Shown here in pieces: positions 8,870 through 19,261 of a stretch of DNA of 64,000 nucleotides. The notes under the pieces are model-generated. The model was not told the DNA's origin. It was given only the letters and a program-made list of their open reading frames with translations, and made no database searches. The translations under genes and the position numbers were made by a program. Source of the stretch: Alphaproteobacteria bacterium (GTDB lineage Bacteria > Pseudomonadota > Alphaproteobacteria > Rs-D84); the NCBI GenBank assembly GCA_009784235.1, contig WRCC01000001.1, forward strand, positions 177,506 through 241,505. Reading direction: 5' to 3'. The first letter of the stretch is position 1. Every line of letters starts with the position of its first letter.

Positions 8870-11800
8870 ATGTTGATACAAACCCCACGATTTCTGCGAT
8901 TTATCGCGGCCGCTATGTTTATTGCAGTGCTTGCCGTCGCTGGACCATCGCCTTCTTTTGCAGCAACGGGTCAATTTGATTGTTCAAAATGCTATAATGC
9001 GTGTAATGTGTCAACCCATGCGCTTTGCAGTACAAACACGAATGCTAATAATGTAATATGTGCCGGCACGAACGCAACATCAGGGTGCCGAAAATGTGGT
9101 GCCTGCGCATCTGGATTTGCCGCCGCCGCCAACGACGCCACGACCTGCGTCGCGGCATCCAATACTGTTATTACTTTGAACAAAGCCGGCGGTACCGGCA
9201 CGATTCTGGGCGCGACCGGCACGACCAACGCATCTTTGACATGTACAGGGCAAACTTGCGCGCTGCCGGCCGTATCCGGCGTAACACGCGCGAATTCTGC
9301 GTTGGCGGCGAATCCATATTGGTGTACGCAAACAAATGGCGGCGGAACGTGTTACAGCGGCGGAACGAACGTCACACTGGCGGCGAATACCACACTGTAT
9401 CTTCGATGGACGTGTAATACGAATTTTGGGGCTAATGATAATGCTTGCGTATCGAATCGTTCCATTACTTTGAACAAGGCCGGCGGAACCGGAACTATTG
9501 CCGGAACCGGCGTGGGGGCCAATACCACTACGGCCAATGCGACGTTAACATGCGTCGGAAATTTCTGTACTTTGCCGACCGTATCCGCAACCGACGTGAC
9601 CCGTGCGAATTCTGCTATCGCTGCGAATCCTTATTGGTGCACCCAGGCAATTTCCGGCGGAACTTGTTATAATGCCGGTTCGACCCAGACTTTTACAGCG
9701 GCGACAACATTGCACCTGCGGTGGGTGTGCAATTCCGGATTCGGTCCGAACGGCAGCGTTAATTCCTGTGTTGCACACAGAACCATAACACTGAACAAGG
9801 CGGGTGGTTCGGGTGTGATTACTGCGACCGGCGTTGCCACACAAACCGCGACGGCGAATGCATCCCTGACCTGTAATGGTAATGATTGTACATTACCGAC
9901 GATAACCAGCAGCACAAATAACATGACGCGTGCGAATTCCGCGCTTGGCGCGAATCCGTATTGGTGCACTGCGGCGAATGGTGGCGGCACATGCCACAAT
10001 GGCGGCGCGACCGTTACATTTACTGCCGCGACCACGCTGCATTTCAAATGGGCTTGTAATAGTGGCTTTGATGCCGATGGAAACAATTGTGTTGCGATTC
10101 CAACTGATACAACTATCACTTTGAACAAAGCGGGCGGTTCGGGTGCGATTACCGGTACAGGCGTTACTGCGGGCAATACTGGATTAATTGATGCAACATT
10201 AACCTGCAGCGGCACCAGCTGTACTTTGCCGACCGTATCCGGATTAACACGTGCTGATTCCACGCTTGGCGCACAGCCATATTGGTGTACCGCTGCAAAC
10301 GGTGGCGGAACTTGCTATAATGGCGGTTCAGCACAGACATTTGCATCAAATACCACCCTGCATTTAAAATGGGTCTGCGATTCTGGGTTTGAAGCCAGCG
10401 GAAACACATGCGTGGTACCATGTAACGCAAGCGCGACATGTCCCGCCGGATGGTCCGGCACATTTAACGAATGTACGGATAATACGAATAAGACCGGATG
10501 TACGCGCAGCTGTACACCGAATAACAGTGTTCCAAATGCCACGGCGACCAGCTGTCCGGCCGGTACGCAAGCATTCGCAACGCCAACAGTATGCAGCACA
10601 TCATGCGTTGCCACGGCATGCGACGCCGGATTTGATTTAGTTGGCGGCGCATGCGTCAATAATACACCAACATGCAGCACGACCGCCGCATGCCCTGCCG
10701 GATGGAACGGAACATTTAATCAATGTGATGATGATATATATAAAACTGGGTGCACACGCCCATGCACACCGAATAATCCGGTCAGTAATGCTGCAACAAC
10801 GTCTTGTCCGGTCGGGGTTCAGATTTTTGAACTGCCAGATGTTTGCAGCACAACGTGTATTGCAACATCATGTACAACCGGTACATTGACAGCGGGCTTT
10901 TGTGGAAATGTGGTAACTAATATGCTCGTGACACTTAATAAAGCTGGCGGCTCGGGCAGTTTAACGATTCAACCGCGCGGTGGCGGAACAATTGCAGCCA
11001 ATTCCGCGACAACAAATGCAGTGCTAACTTGCTATTCGTGGCAATGTACATTGCCCAGTATTGTGCCATTGACCCGTACAAATTTCAGTCCTATATGGGG
11101 GCGGTATCGTGACTCGACAGCATTCTCTGGAAACCATGCTTTGGGAAGCACCACAGCATCTTTACCCGGTGCTGCACCTGTAGATTTCAGGTCTGTATAT
11201 GGTTGGTGGTGCACACAAACGCATGGCCGTGGAACATGCTATCGTGTAGACAGTCCGAACGGTACGAATTTTAACTTTATGGCGAACACAACTCTTTATG
11301 CTGCCTGGGCGCCAGCCGGGATTGGTTCGTTGACCGGAACCGTAGGAGTAACAGCTAATGGTACTTGGCAAGCCTTGACCGCAAATAATTGGAGTCCGGC
11401 AGAAGTTATGATTATGAACGGTTGGCTGCATTTTCCACATGATCGATATACTTGCCCAAATGCATTTGATGGAAGTATTATTTCGCTTAACAGCCCAGCT
11501 ACTGGTCTTTTGATGGGATTCCCACAAACAGATTTTCGTTCATGTGCATCCGCGCCCGTGACATTGTCAGAGTGCGGTACGGACGCATTCAGGGCCAGAT
11601 ATTTTACGGGTGTCTTTGCAGGTACCCCAACTCTGAGTATTAATGGTTTTAGCGTTAATTATATGAATCAAGGCGGCCAGACACAAAACACAGGTTGGGC
11701 ATGGGGTGGTGGCAATCTTGCGCCAAGCCCAGGGCATTATTTTCAAGGTGTTTGGACGACAGAACCGGTGTGTCCACCGGTTGGTGATGGATACTGGGGA

Positions 11801-12601
11801 CCGAATTCTGAACATGGTCGGACGCAATGTCCGGATGGTTTCCGCGATGGCCCCGGTGTTGTGAATCAAAATGCGTGTGTTAAAAATTGTCCAAACCAAC
11901 CAATAACAAATGGTACATTGGTTGCCGTGTCATCCACTGTCACATTCGGTGCATCGCCAAATACGTGTTCGTTTACTGCACAGTGCGATACAGGTTACCA
12001 TGCCGAAGGGTTGACTTGCGTTCTGTCATGCAACCCGAATGCAACATGTCCAGCCGGATGGACCGGGACATTTAACGAATGTACAGATGATACGAACAAG
12101 ACCGGATGTACACGTGCATGTACACCAAACAATTCTGTGCCGAATTCTGCGACTACAAATTGCCCGGCTGGAACAAATACTTTTGCGGCGCCGGATGTTT
12201 GCAGCACGACTTGTACGGCTGCAATATGCGCAACAAATTATTATCTGAACGCCGGCGCATGTAATGCGTGCGATAACGCGCCAACAGATGCAACATATAC
12301 GGGCGGCGGCACTGGTCCGACCAGTAATTGTCCTTGGACTTGCAATTCTGGATTTACCCAAACCGTAACCGGACAATGTGCCCAGATTTGCGCTGCTGGA
12401 TTCAGTACATTGCGAATTGGTAATGTTGTAATTCCATTATATGCTACAAAACAAACCACCCCAGCAATTCACGTTCAATCTGGTACAGGTATATGTTATG
12501 GCAGCTTGGACACAGGTACCCGAACAGATGCGGTAAATGTTGATTTCAATGGAGCTTTGTATAATTCAATCGAATCATTCAGGGGTGGCGCAAGCCCATA
12601 A
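8870..12601 (+). CDS. giant secreted/surface Cys-rich repeat protein, paralogue 1
   Basis: Signal peptide MLIQTPRFLRFIAAAMFIAVLAVAG. Five ~100-aa repeats (ITLNKAGG[ST]G...TRANSA...NPYWCT...GGGTCY...TLHL[RK]W.C). Three Cys-rich modules CPAGW.GTFN.C.D.T.KTGCTR.CTP.N shared with gene 2. W/G-rich C-terminal domain. Start reassigned to ATG 8870 with RBS. Confidence 0.8.
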   Translation: MLIQTPRFLRFIAAAMFIAVLAVAGPSPSFAATGQFDCSKCYNACNVSTHALCSTNTNANNVICAGTNATSGCRKCGACASGFAAAANDATTCVAASNTVITLNKAGGTGTILGATGTTNASLTCTGQTCALPAVSGVTRANSALAANPYWCTQTNGGGTCYSGGTNVTLAANTTLYLRWTCNTNFGANDNACVSNRSITLNKAGGTGTIAGTGVGANTTTANATLTCVGNFCTLPTVSATDVTRANSAIAANPYWCTQAISGGTCYNAGSTQTFTAATTLHLRWVCNSGFGPNGSVNSCVAHRTITLNKAGGSGVITATGVATQTATANASLTCNGNDCTLPTITSSTNNMTRANSALGANPYWCTAANGGGTCHNGGATVTFTAATTLHFKWACNSGFDADGNNCVAIPTDTTITLNKAGGSGAITGTGVTAGNTGLIDATLTCSGTSCTLPTVSGLTRADSTLGAQPYWCTAANGGGTCYNGGSAQTFASNTTLHLKWVCDSGFEASGNTCVVPCNASATCPAGWSGTFNECTDNTNKTGCTRSCTPNNSVPNATATSCPAGTQAFATPTVCSTSCVATACDAGFDLVGGACVNNTPTCSTTAACPAGWNGTFNQCDDDIYKTGCTRPCTPNNPVSNAATTSCPVGVQIFELPDVCSTTCIATSCTTGTLTAGFCGNVVTNMLVTLNKAGGSGSLTIQPRGGGTIAANSATTNAVLTCYSWQCTLPSIVPLTRTNFSPIWGRYRDSTAFSGNHALGSTTASLPGAAPVDFRSVYGWWCTQTHGRGTCYRVDSPNGTNFNFMANTTLYAAWAPAGIGSLTGTVGVTANGTWQALTANNWSPAEVMIMNGWLHFPHDRYTCPNAFDGSIISLNSPATGLLMGFPQTDFRSCASAPVTLSECGTDAFRARYFTGVFAGTPTLSINGFSVNYMNQGGQTQNTGWAWGGGNLAPSPGHYFQGVWTTEPVCPPVGDGYWGPNSEHGRTQCPDGFRDGPGVVNQNACVKNCPNQPITNGTLVAVSSTVTFGASPNTCSFTAQCDTGYHAEGLTCVLSCNPNATCPAGWTGTFNECTDDTNKTGCTRACTPNNSVPNSATTNCPAGTNTFAAPDVCSTTCTAAICATNYYLNAGACNACDNAPTDATYTGGGTGPTSNCPWTCNSGFTQTVTGQCAQICAAGFSTLRIGNVVIPLYATKQTTPAIHVQSGTGICYGSLDTGTRTDAVNVDFNGALYNSIESFRGGASP

Positions 12602-12623
12602 AAATTAATTTGAACAATTAATT

Positions 12624-12681
12624 AAAAATCCGCTTGCGTTGCAATGCGGTTTTTTAATATCATGTAGTAACAAAGGAAGGA
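12624..12681 (+). repeat. conserved 5' leader of giant protein gene 2; copy 2 of 2
   Basis: AAAAATCCGCTTGCGTTGCAATGCGGTTTTTTAATATCATGTAGTAACAAAGGAAGGAATGTTG; same architecture as 8811-8869. Confidence 0.7.
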
Positions 12682-15600
12682 ATGTTGGTTAAATCACCCA
12701 GATTTCTGCGTTTTATGCTGTTCGCAGTATTTATTGCGATTGGTTCTGTTGCACATGGCGCCACCAGTGAAATGTACAATTGTACCAGATGTTATACGGC
12801 ATGTACTGCTGGGTCGCTTTGTGTGAATGAAATAGCCACTGGCTGTGCCGGTACTGGCGCGACGGGTACATGCAACAAATGTCCGACGGTTGTTGCATGT
12901 TCTGCGCATGAATGGGGAACCCCCGGCAGCTGTACTGCTTGCACTGCTGGACAATGGCCGAATGCCGGAAACACCGGATGTCAAAATTGTGGTGCCGGGT
13001 GGTGGTGTAATGGTACAGCGCGTGAACAATGCCCCGTCAATTGGCGAAGCAACACAGCTGGGAACACCACATCTCAGAGTCAGTGCGCACGAAGCTGTAC
13101 GACCGGCGACATATTAAATTCAGCAACCGTAAGCGGCACCGTTGCTTGTGCACCAAACGGTGCAAACTGTACTGACGGCACGAAGAGCTGTACTGTAACT
13201 ACTTGCGCCAATGGATTTTATCGAACAAATTCAAACACTACATGTACGGCATGCACCAACGTTCCAGCGGGCGCAACCCCGGGTGCCGGAACCGGCCCGA
13301 CCAGCAACTGTACATGGACGCGCACATGCGCTGCGGGTACTTATTGGAATAATACGACCAGGGATTGCCAGCCGTGCCCAGCAGACAGCTATTGCCCCAG
13401 CAATACCAATGTCAGCAATACAACGTCTTCTGACCAGGGCAGAACACTTTGCACGGATGGATGGCGTAATGGAACTGCGACCGGAAATACGGCGCAAAAC
13501 CAATGCGTGCGGAACTGCAGCGAACAAACAATCGCGAATGGAAAATTGGTGCCGGTCAACACGACAGTCAATCATCCGGCCAACTGTTCATTCACCACAA
13601 CCTGTGATTCCGGATTTACGGCCAGTGGTGATACATGCGTTGCCGCGTGCAGTACAACCGCCACTTGCCCAGCCGGATGGATCGGAACATTTAATGAATG
13701 TACCGATAATACGAATAAAACGGGATGCACCCGGGCGTGTACCCCCACCAATACTGTTCCGAATGCATCCGCGACAAGCTGTCCGGCCGGAACCGCAACA
13801 TTTGCCGCACCGACCGTGTGCAGCACGTCTTGTACAGCCACGTCTTGTGACGCAGATTTCTTTCTGATGCTTGGCGCGTGCCCGGAATGCCCAGATGGCG
13901 GGAATTCGCCAGCTGGCTCGACATCTCACTTTGCATGCAATATTTCCACCGAATGCGTGCTGGACAGCGTGCGCGACCCGAATGCGACCGCTGAAACTTG
14001 CACTGATGGCACCAATATTTGTAATTGGAGTATTGCTGATAATGGTTATACCGTTTGCACCGGATGTCTGGGTTCATCCTGTACATCGACATCCTGTGAA
14101 CCTGGATTTTATTTAAATTCTGGCAAATGCGCGACATGCCCCGCGGGCAAAATTTGCACCGGCGGAACAAATCCGCCCGAAGATTGTCCGGCCGGTTCGT
14201 CGCCGAATGCCGCACAAACGGCTTGCGTAATCACCAGTTGTCCGGCCGGCCAATATTTGGATGCGGGTGCTTGCGTAACATGCACGGCGGGATATTTCTG
14301 CGATGCTACTGGGCGCACCGCGTGTCCAGATTCCGGAACATCCATTGCGGGCGCGGAAAGTGTGTCTGATTGCTATAAAATATGTCCGGCTTGGACCGCC
14401 AGCAACACTGTGCCGACTGGCTGTTTGCGAATTGATAATTATCAGTTATCGGTACCATGGTCGGTCGCGTTGGATAGATATGAAACATGTACATTTACGC
14501 CAATTGAATTGCCAGGATACGACCCAATTCCAGCGACCGGAAATGTAACGAATCCAGAATGTGAATTGCATATATATAACATTGAATACCATCCGAACGG
14601 CGGTACTGGTGGGATGGCTGTCACCAGCTTTACCATTGAAGACCTGCCTATTACACTGGGGTCCCCGACACGCGATAATTATGAATTCTTGGGTTGGTTC
14701 ATTGATTCTGGGTTCAGTGGTTCGGCACAAAGCGCAATCCCAGCGCCGCCTGTATTTGAATACACCGACCAAGTATTCTATGCTAAATGGACTTGCGCAG
14801 TAAATAATTATCGCGATGGCACATCATGTTTGCCATGTCCAAACGGTGGTACATCTGCGGGTGGTGAAATCGGTGTTGGTTCGTGCAGCAAATCAGGACT
14901 GGATTGTAATGACGGCACAGGCGGCACCGGAAAACAGACGTGCGATTGGAACGCTGCGACCAGTGCGTATGACCTGAATTGTACAGCTTGCGTGATATCT
15001 GCATGTCCGGCGGGCAAATATTTAACCGGCGGCACATGTGAAGATTGTACCGCGGGATATTTCTGTGACGGCGAAGAACGCGTTGCATGTCCAGATGGCG
15101 GAACATCATCGGTTGGTTCAACGACCGCCGCAGCGTGTTATAAAACTTGCCCGGCATGGACGGCCAGCAACGCAATCCCGGATGGATGCCTTCGCATTGA
15201 TAATTATCAAACAACCGTTTCTTATTCGATCGGATTGGGCGCCTATGCAACATGTACATTTACACCCGTTGAACTGCCTGGATACGACCCAATTCCAGCA
15301 ACCGGAAATGTAACGAATCCAGAATGTCACTTGCATATATATAACATCGAATTTCATTTGAATGGTGGAACTGGTGCATCAACACTGCCGTTCTCTATAT
15401 TGGATTTGCCGTTCTCATTGCCCACATCACCGGCTGTATCGCGCGCGAATTCAGATTTCCTTGGCTGGTTTGATAATGCTGCACTGACCGGTACTGCAAT
15501 CGCGACAATTCCATCCATCGGATTTGATTACAGCGATAAAGATTTCTATGCGAAATGGACTTGTTCTGAAAATGCTTATCTGAACGCTGGTGTTTGCAGC

Positions 15601-18540
15601 GCATGCCCAGGCGGCGGGTTCAGCGTCGGCGGCGATATTGGATTAGCACAATGTCAGCGCAGCGAACCATGCTATGACGGTGGTGGCGTTGGAAACTGGA
15701 TTTGCAGTCACACGTCCGGAACAACATACGACACCAATTGTGGACCAGTCTGCGAAATGACCGGATGCCCGGGCGGATATTATCTGGACAGCGGTACTTG
15801 CGTAATTTGCGAAGCGGGTAATTCATGTAAAGACAATGATAAAACGCCGTGTCCCGCAAACACATATTGTCCAACCGGTTCAATCGACCCCGCGCCGTGT
15901 CCGGGCGGCGGATTTGCACCCGCAGAATCGCACGACATAACGCAATGCTATTTGAATTGTCCGGCTGGTTCATTGCCATCCAACTGTGCGACCATTACAA
16001 ACGTCAACATGACCGTAAATCATACCGGCACGATGTATGCGACATGTTTGTATAATGTCACTGCAGATACTGGATTTACTGTAATTGGCAACGGCACCGC
16101 AACGCCAAGTTGCCAGCCGACTGGATACAACATCATATACAACGAAAATGGCGGAACATTGGGCGCGGGTACACCCGTTTCATTTAATGTGACCACCCTG
16201 CCCGTGACTTTGGTTGATGCGACGCGTGAATATTCTGAATTCATGGGTTGGTTTGATAATATGGCATTAACCGGCACGCGTATATTGAACATTCCAACCG
16301 GCACAACGGGCGATCAAGAATTCTGGGCCAGATGGACCTGCGCAGCTGGATATTACGCGCCTTCGCCAAACGCATGTGTCGAAGTAGATATCGGATATTA
16401 TTCGCCCGCCGGGAATTCCAATCGATATGCATGCCCGGCCGGATTCACAACAACAATCCGAATTGGTACTGATATACGTGCTTGTTACATGGACGAAGAA
16501 GCATCCGCAATTGATGCAAATTGCGATGGTGGACGTCGGCGTACTACACCGGGATTAACCACCGCAGGACCGACCGTTTGCGATGCGAACAATACATGTA
16601 CTTATGCATCCCAGCCAACGATTATGAACCCAACATATTCTGTGACACCGGGAACATCCATTACCGCACGCATCGGACATTATTTCGGCGGTGCGGGATT
16701 ATTGGCCGGTCCATCGATTTGCCCAGATGTGACCAGTGGATGGTTCAGTCCGGCGTTGACCGCCGATCGTACGCAGTGCCCGGCCGGATATGATGGTTCC
16801 GAGCCACCACGCGGCGCAAATACTGATTGCTGGATGAATTGCCCGGCAAAAAGCGGTCTAACTAACGTAACCTCTGTCATGCCTATAAATGAACGCGAAT
16901 TCTGGAACGGAACCACATTTGACACTTGTCTTTACGGTATTATGTGCAATCCAGGATATGCGCCAATCGGCGATGGCACTGCAAACCCAGCTTGCGAATT
17001 ATGCCCTAGCGGATATTACTGTGACGGTACCGGCTCTTATCAATGTCCCGAAGGATACAGAGACGGCGGCAGAGCAAAATCTATAACCGAATGTATGCAA
17101 ATTTGTGAAGATTATGTAATGGACCATGGTGTATTGGTCGCGACCGGAAATGTTTATTACGACAATGAATGTGAATATTCGTTGCATTGCGAATCTGGAT
17201 ATAAACGCGTTAATGGCCCAGGCGTGCCCGCAGCATGCGCATTGTGCGAACCAGGCGAATATTGTCCCGGTGGAACAGGCGGCGGTACTGCGTGCCCGGG
17301 CGGTGGAACATCGGATGCCGGTGCAGAGTCCGTGTCTGATTGCTATAAAATCGTGCCATGCCCGATTGCAAATGGAACCGGCGAACGCGTGTGCTATCAC
17401 ACATCTGGCACGACTTACAGCACGGATTGTGGTGTATGCACACTGACTGGGTGCGATACTGGATGGTTCCCCAACGGCAACGTATGCGGTGGATGTCCAG
17501 CGGGCAGCTATTGTGACGAGCATGGCATACATACTTGCCCAGACGGCGGAACAACCGAAATCGGCGCAACGTTAATTACCCAATGCTTTAAACTGTGTGC
17601 AAAACCCGCCGGAAATAATGGAACATTGACGATAACGCCAACGGCCGATTATCGGAATTATTGGAATGGTTCATCATACGCAGAATGTTCATTCGCAATG
17701 ACTTGCCGCAATGGATATACGCTGCGCAATAATAATTCGCCCGCACCGATGTGTGAAATTAGTTGCCAAGGCGCGTTTCATCCGTCACCGGATGGCGAAC
17801 GGTGCGAAGCAAACGTGCGTACGTGCACAATCGGCGCGTTGTCCGGATACCAAGAATGGATTGACGGCGAATGGACGGTCTGTAATGTTCAAGAATGCCC
17901 ACCAGACCAGGAAAAAGTCGGCGGCGCGTGCCAACCATGTAACCGCGAAAACGCAATAACATACAAAACAACCGGCAATTGCCAAGTTGCAACTTGCGCC
18001 AAAGGATTCCACCCCAGCGGCACAAAATGTAATCCGGATGTTATACCATGCGCACTGGCCAATACTGAAATCGCGGAAATGCGCTGGACCGGAACGACTT
18101 ATGGCCCGTGCACACCTGTGCGATGCCATCCTGGGTTCCACATTGCATCCAACGCGTGCATATCGAACGAACGAACCTGTACAGTCGAAAACGGCACTGG
18201 AACACAAACATGGTCTGGCGGCGCTTGGGGCGAATGCGTTGCGACATCTTGCAACCCAGGATGGACAAACGACCGCTTTGAAACAAATGAACATGCAAAG
18301 CAATGTGGTGCTTGCCGAAATAAATTCGGCGTATTCGGCGAAGTTGTGGCGACAAACTTTATAACAGAATGCCGGATTGCGTCATGCTTGCACCAAGGCG
18401 AATTGTACAACCTGGAAAATAACGAATGTGTACCGATTTGTGACCCGAATGGTCGCGATGATGAAACCGGCGCAATGATTTGGAATCGTACAACCAATAA
18501 ATGTGAACGGACATGTAACCCGGGATATATTATGTGGTAA
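12682..18540 (+). CDS. giant secreted/surface Cys-rich repeat protein, paralogue 2
   Basis: 1952 aa; homologous signal peptide (MLVKSPRFLRF...). Furin/GCC-like CxxCxxGxYC repeats. CPAGWIGTFNECTDNTNKTGCTRACTP module shared with gene 1. Three ~170-aa modules ending in a Listeria-Bacteroides repeat-like motif (YNIEYHPNGGTG...EFLGWF...FYAKWTC). EGF/laminin-like C-terminal repeats. Confidence 0.8.
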   Translation: MLVKSPRFLRFMLFAVFIAIGSVAHGATSEMYNCTRCYTACTAGSLCVNEIATGCAGTGATGTCNKCPTVVACSAHEWGTPGSCTACTAGQWPNAGNTGCQNCGAGWWCNGTAREQCPVNWRSNTAGNTTSQSQCARSCTTGDILNSATVSGTVACAPNGANCTDGTKSCTVTTCANGFYRTNSNTTCTACTNVPAGATPGAGTGPTSNCTWTRTCAAGTYWNNTTRDCQPCPADSYCPSNTNVSNTTSSDQGRTLCTDGWRNGTATGNTAQNQCVRNCSEQTIANGKLVPVNTTVNHPANCSFTTTCDSGFTASGDTCVAACSTTATCPAGWIGTFNECTDNTNKTGCTRACTPTNTVPNASATSCPAGTATFAAPTVCSTSCTATSCDADFFLMLGACPECPDGGNSPAGSTSHFACNISTECVLDSVRDPNATAETCTDGTNICNWSIADNGYTVCTGCLGSSCTSTSCEPGFYLNSGKCATCPAGKICTGGTNPPEDCPAGSSPNAAQTACVITSCPAGQYLDAGACVTCTAGYFCDATGRTACPDSGTSIAGAESVSDCYKICPAWTASNTVPTGCLRIDNYQLSVPWSVALDRYETCTFTPIELPGYDPIPATGNVTNPECELHIYNIEYHPNGGTGGMAVTSFTIEDLPITLGSPTRDNYEFLGWFIDSGFSGSAQSAIPAPPVFEYTDQVFYAKWTCAVNNYRDGTSCLPCPNGGTSAGGEIGVGSCSKSGLDCNDGTGGTGKQTCDWNAATSAYDLNCTACVISACPAGKYLTGGTCEDCTAGYFCDGEERVACPDGGTSSVGSTTAAACYKTCPAWTASNAIPDGCLRIDNYQTTVSYSIGLGAYATCTFTPVELPGYDPIPATGNVTNPECHLHIYNIEFHLNGGTGASTLPFSILDLPFSLPTSPAVSRANSDFLGWFDNAALTGTAIATIPSIGFDYSDKDFYAKWTCSENAYLNAGVCSACPGGGFSVGGDIGLAQCQRSEPCYDGGGVGNWICSHTSGTTYDTNCGPVCEMTGCPGGYYLDSGTCVICEAGNSCKDNDKTPCPANTYCPTGSIDPAPCPGGGFAPAESHDITQCYLNCPAGSLPSNCATITNVNMTVNHTGTMYATCLYNVTADTGFTVIGNGTATPSCQPTGYNIIYNENGGTLGAGTPVSFNVTTLPVTLVDATREYSEFMGWFDNMALTGTRILNIPTGTTGDQEFWARWTCAAGYYAPSPNACVEVDIGYYSPAGNSNRYACPAGFTTTIRIGTDIRACYMDEEASAIDANCDGGRRRTTPGLTTAGPTVCDANNTCTYASQPTIMNPTYSVTPGTSITARIGHYFGGAGLLAGPSICPDVTSGWFSPALTADRTQCPAGYDGSEPPRGANTDCWMNCPAKSGLTNVTSVMPINEREFWNGTTFDTCLYGIMCNPGYAPIGDGTANPACELCPSGYYCDGTGSYQCPEGYRDGGRAKSITECMQICEDYVMDHGVLVATGNVYYDNECEYSLHCESGYKRVNGPGVPAACALCEPGEYCPGGTGGGTACPGGGTSDAGAESVSDCYKIVPCPIANGTGERVCYHTSGTTYSTDCGVCTLTGCDTGWFPNGNVCGGCPAGSYCDEHGIHTCPDGGTTEIGATLITQCFKLCAKPAGNNGTLTITPTADYRNYWNGSSYAECSFAMTCRNGYTLRNNNSPAPMCEISCQGAFHPSPDGERCEANVRTCTIGALSGYQEWIDGEWTVCNVQECPPDQEKVGGACQPCNRENAITYKTTGNCQVATCAKGFHPSGTKCNPDVIPCALANTEIAEMRWTGTTYGPCTPVRCHPGFHIASNACISNERTCTVENGTGTQTWSGGAWGECVATSCNPGWTNDRFETNEHAKQCGACRNKFGVFGEVVATNFITECRIASCLHQGELYNLENNECVPICDPNGRDDETGAMIWNRTTNKCERTCNPGYIMW

Positions 18541-18568
18541 AAAAACGCCCCGATGGGGCGTTTTTTTT
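18541..18568 (+). terminator. rho-independent terminator, bidirectional (serves giant gene 2 and convergent rnpB)
   Basis: AAAAACGCCCCGATGGGGCGTTTTTTTT hairpin with flanking A and T runs. Confidence 0.75.
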
Positions 18569-18886
18569 AGACAAACTATAAGCCGGATTCTGTGGCGCGT
18601 GTTGACACGCCGGCCATAATCAATCTGCGTTTCGCGTTACCGCGAACGTCAAGCCGCCTACCCGCCAACTCTGGCGCGGGACGCGCCTGGGTCGTTTCCG
18701 ACCCGGGTTGGCCTATTTGGCGTTGCATCACATAGAGATTGCCCGTTTCATCCACCGCTTTCCGTGGTTCGTTTCTGTTGCTCTGATCGTCGGGTTACCC
18801 CGCGCGGCCGTTAACCGCTATGCCGTCCCGTGATGTCCGGACTTTCCTCGGCTCGCTTGCGCGGCCGCTATGGCCCGTTTGTCTGG
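18569..18886 (-). ncRNA. rnpB: RNase P RNA (rnpB), bacterial type A
   Basis: On the minus strand: GAGGAAAGTCCGG (P4 5' strand), GGTAACCCGACGATCAGAGCAACAGAAAC, CGCCAAATAGGCC, ACAGAATCCGGCTTAT (P4 3' strand) in the canonical order. P1 pairs CAGACAAAC with GTTTGTCTG. The 320-nt region is GC-rich and ORF-free in the six-frame track. Confidence 0.85.
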
Positions 18887-18921
18887 GTTATATATAATGG
18901 ATTTTTGGGAAATTGCAATAT

Positions 18922-19173
18922 TTAATTCGCGCCCTGCTTTTTGGCAGATTCAAGCGCGACCAGCAGCGCAGTTTTCGCAATTTCGCGGATTTTTGGGGCA
19001 AATGCGCGCATATTCATTTGGTCTGCAACCGCATTGCCAAATGTCGTTGCGATATAATCAATTTGGGTTGGCGCAATCACATGAACTTTGGATGTAATTT
19101 GTTCGGGTGTCAGCCGAACCGTTTTATCAATATTTTTTTGTGTTCTGTCCATTGAATTTTGCCTTTGCCGCAC
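18922..19173 (-). CDS. hypothetical small protein
   Basis: 83-aa ORF between rnpB and secA; plausible helical protein, no recognisable motif; overlapping plus-strand ORF looks like noise. Confidence 0.3.
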   Translation of the reverse strand: MRQRQNSMDRTQKNIDKTVRLTPEQITSKVHVIAPTQIDYIATTFGNAVADQMNMRAFAPKIREIAKTALLVALESAKKQGAN

Positions 19174-19261
19174 TATAACATTTTACGGAAAGGATTGCAA
19201 ATTTATTGACTTTATGCGGTTAATTTTGTATATCTCTCATCTGACGAAAAAGGATTTATTT

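Noticed and set aside
9000-18400. Dozens of 60-200-aa ORFs on the minus strand and in other frames inside the two giant genes
   Set aside because: Antisense and out-of-frame artefacts of a long, compositionally biased, repetitive coding region; the single long plus-strand frames with signal peptides explain the region.
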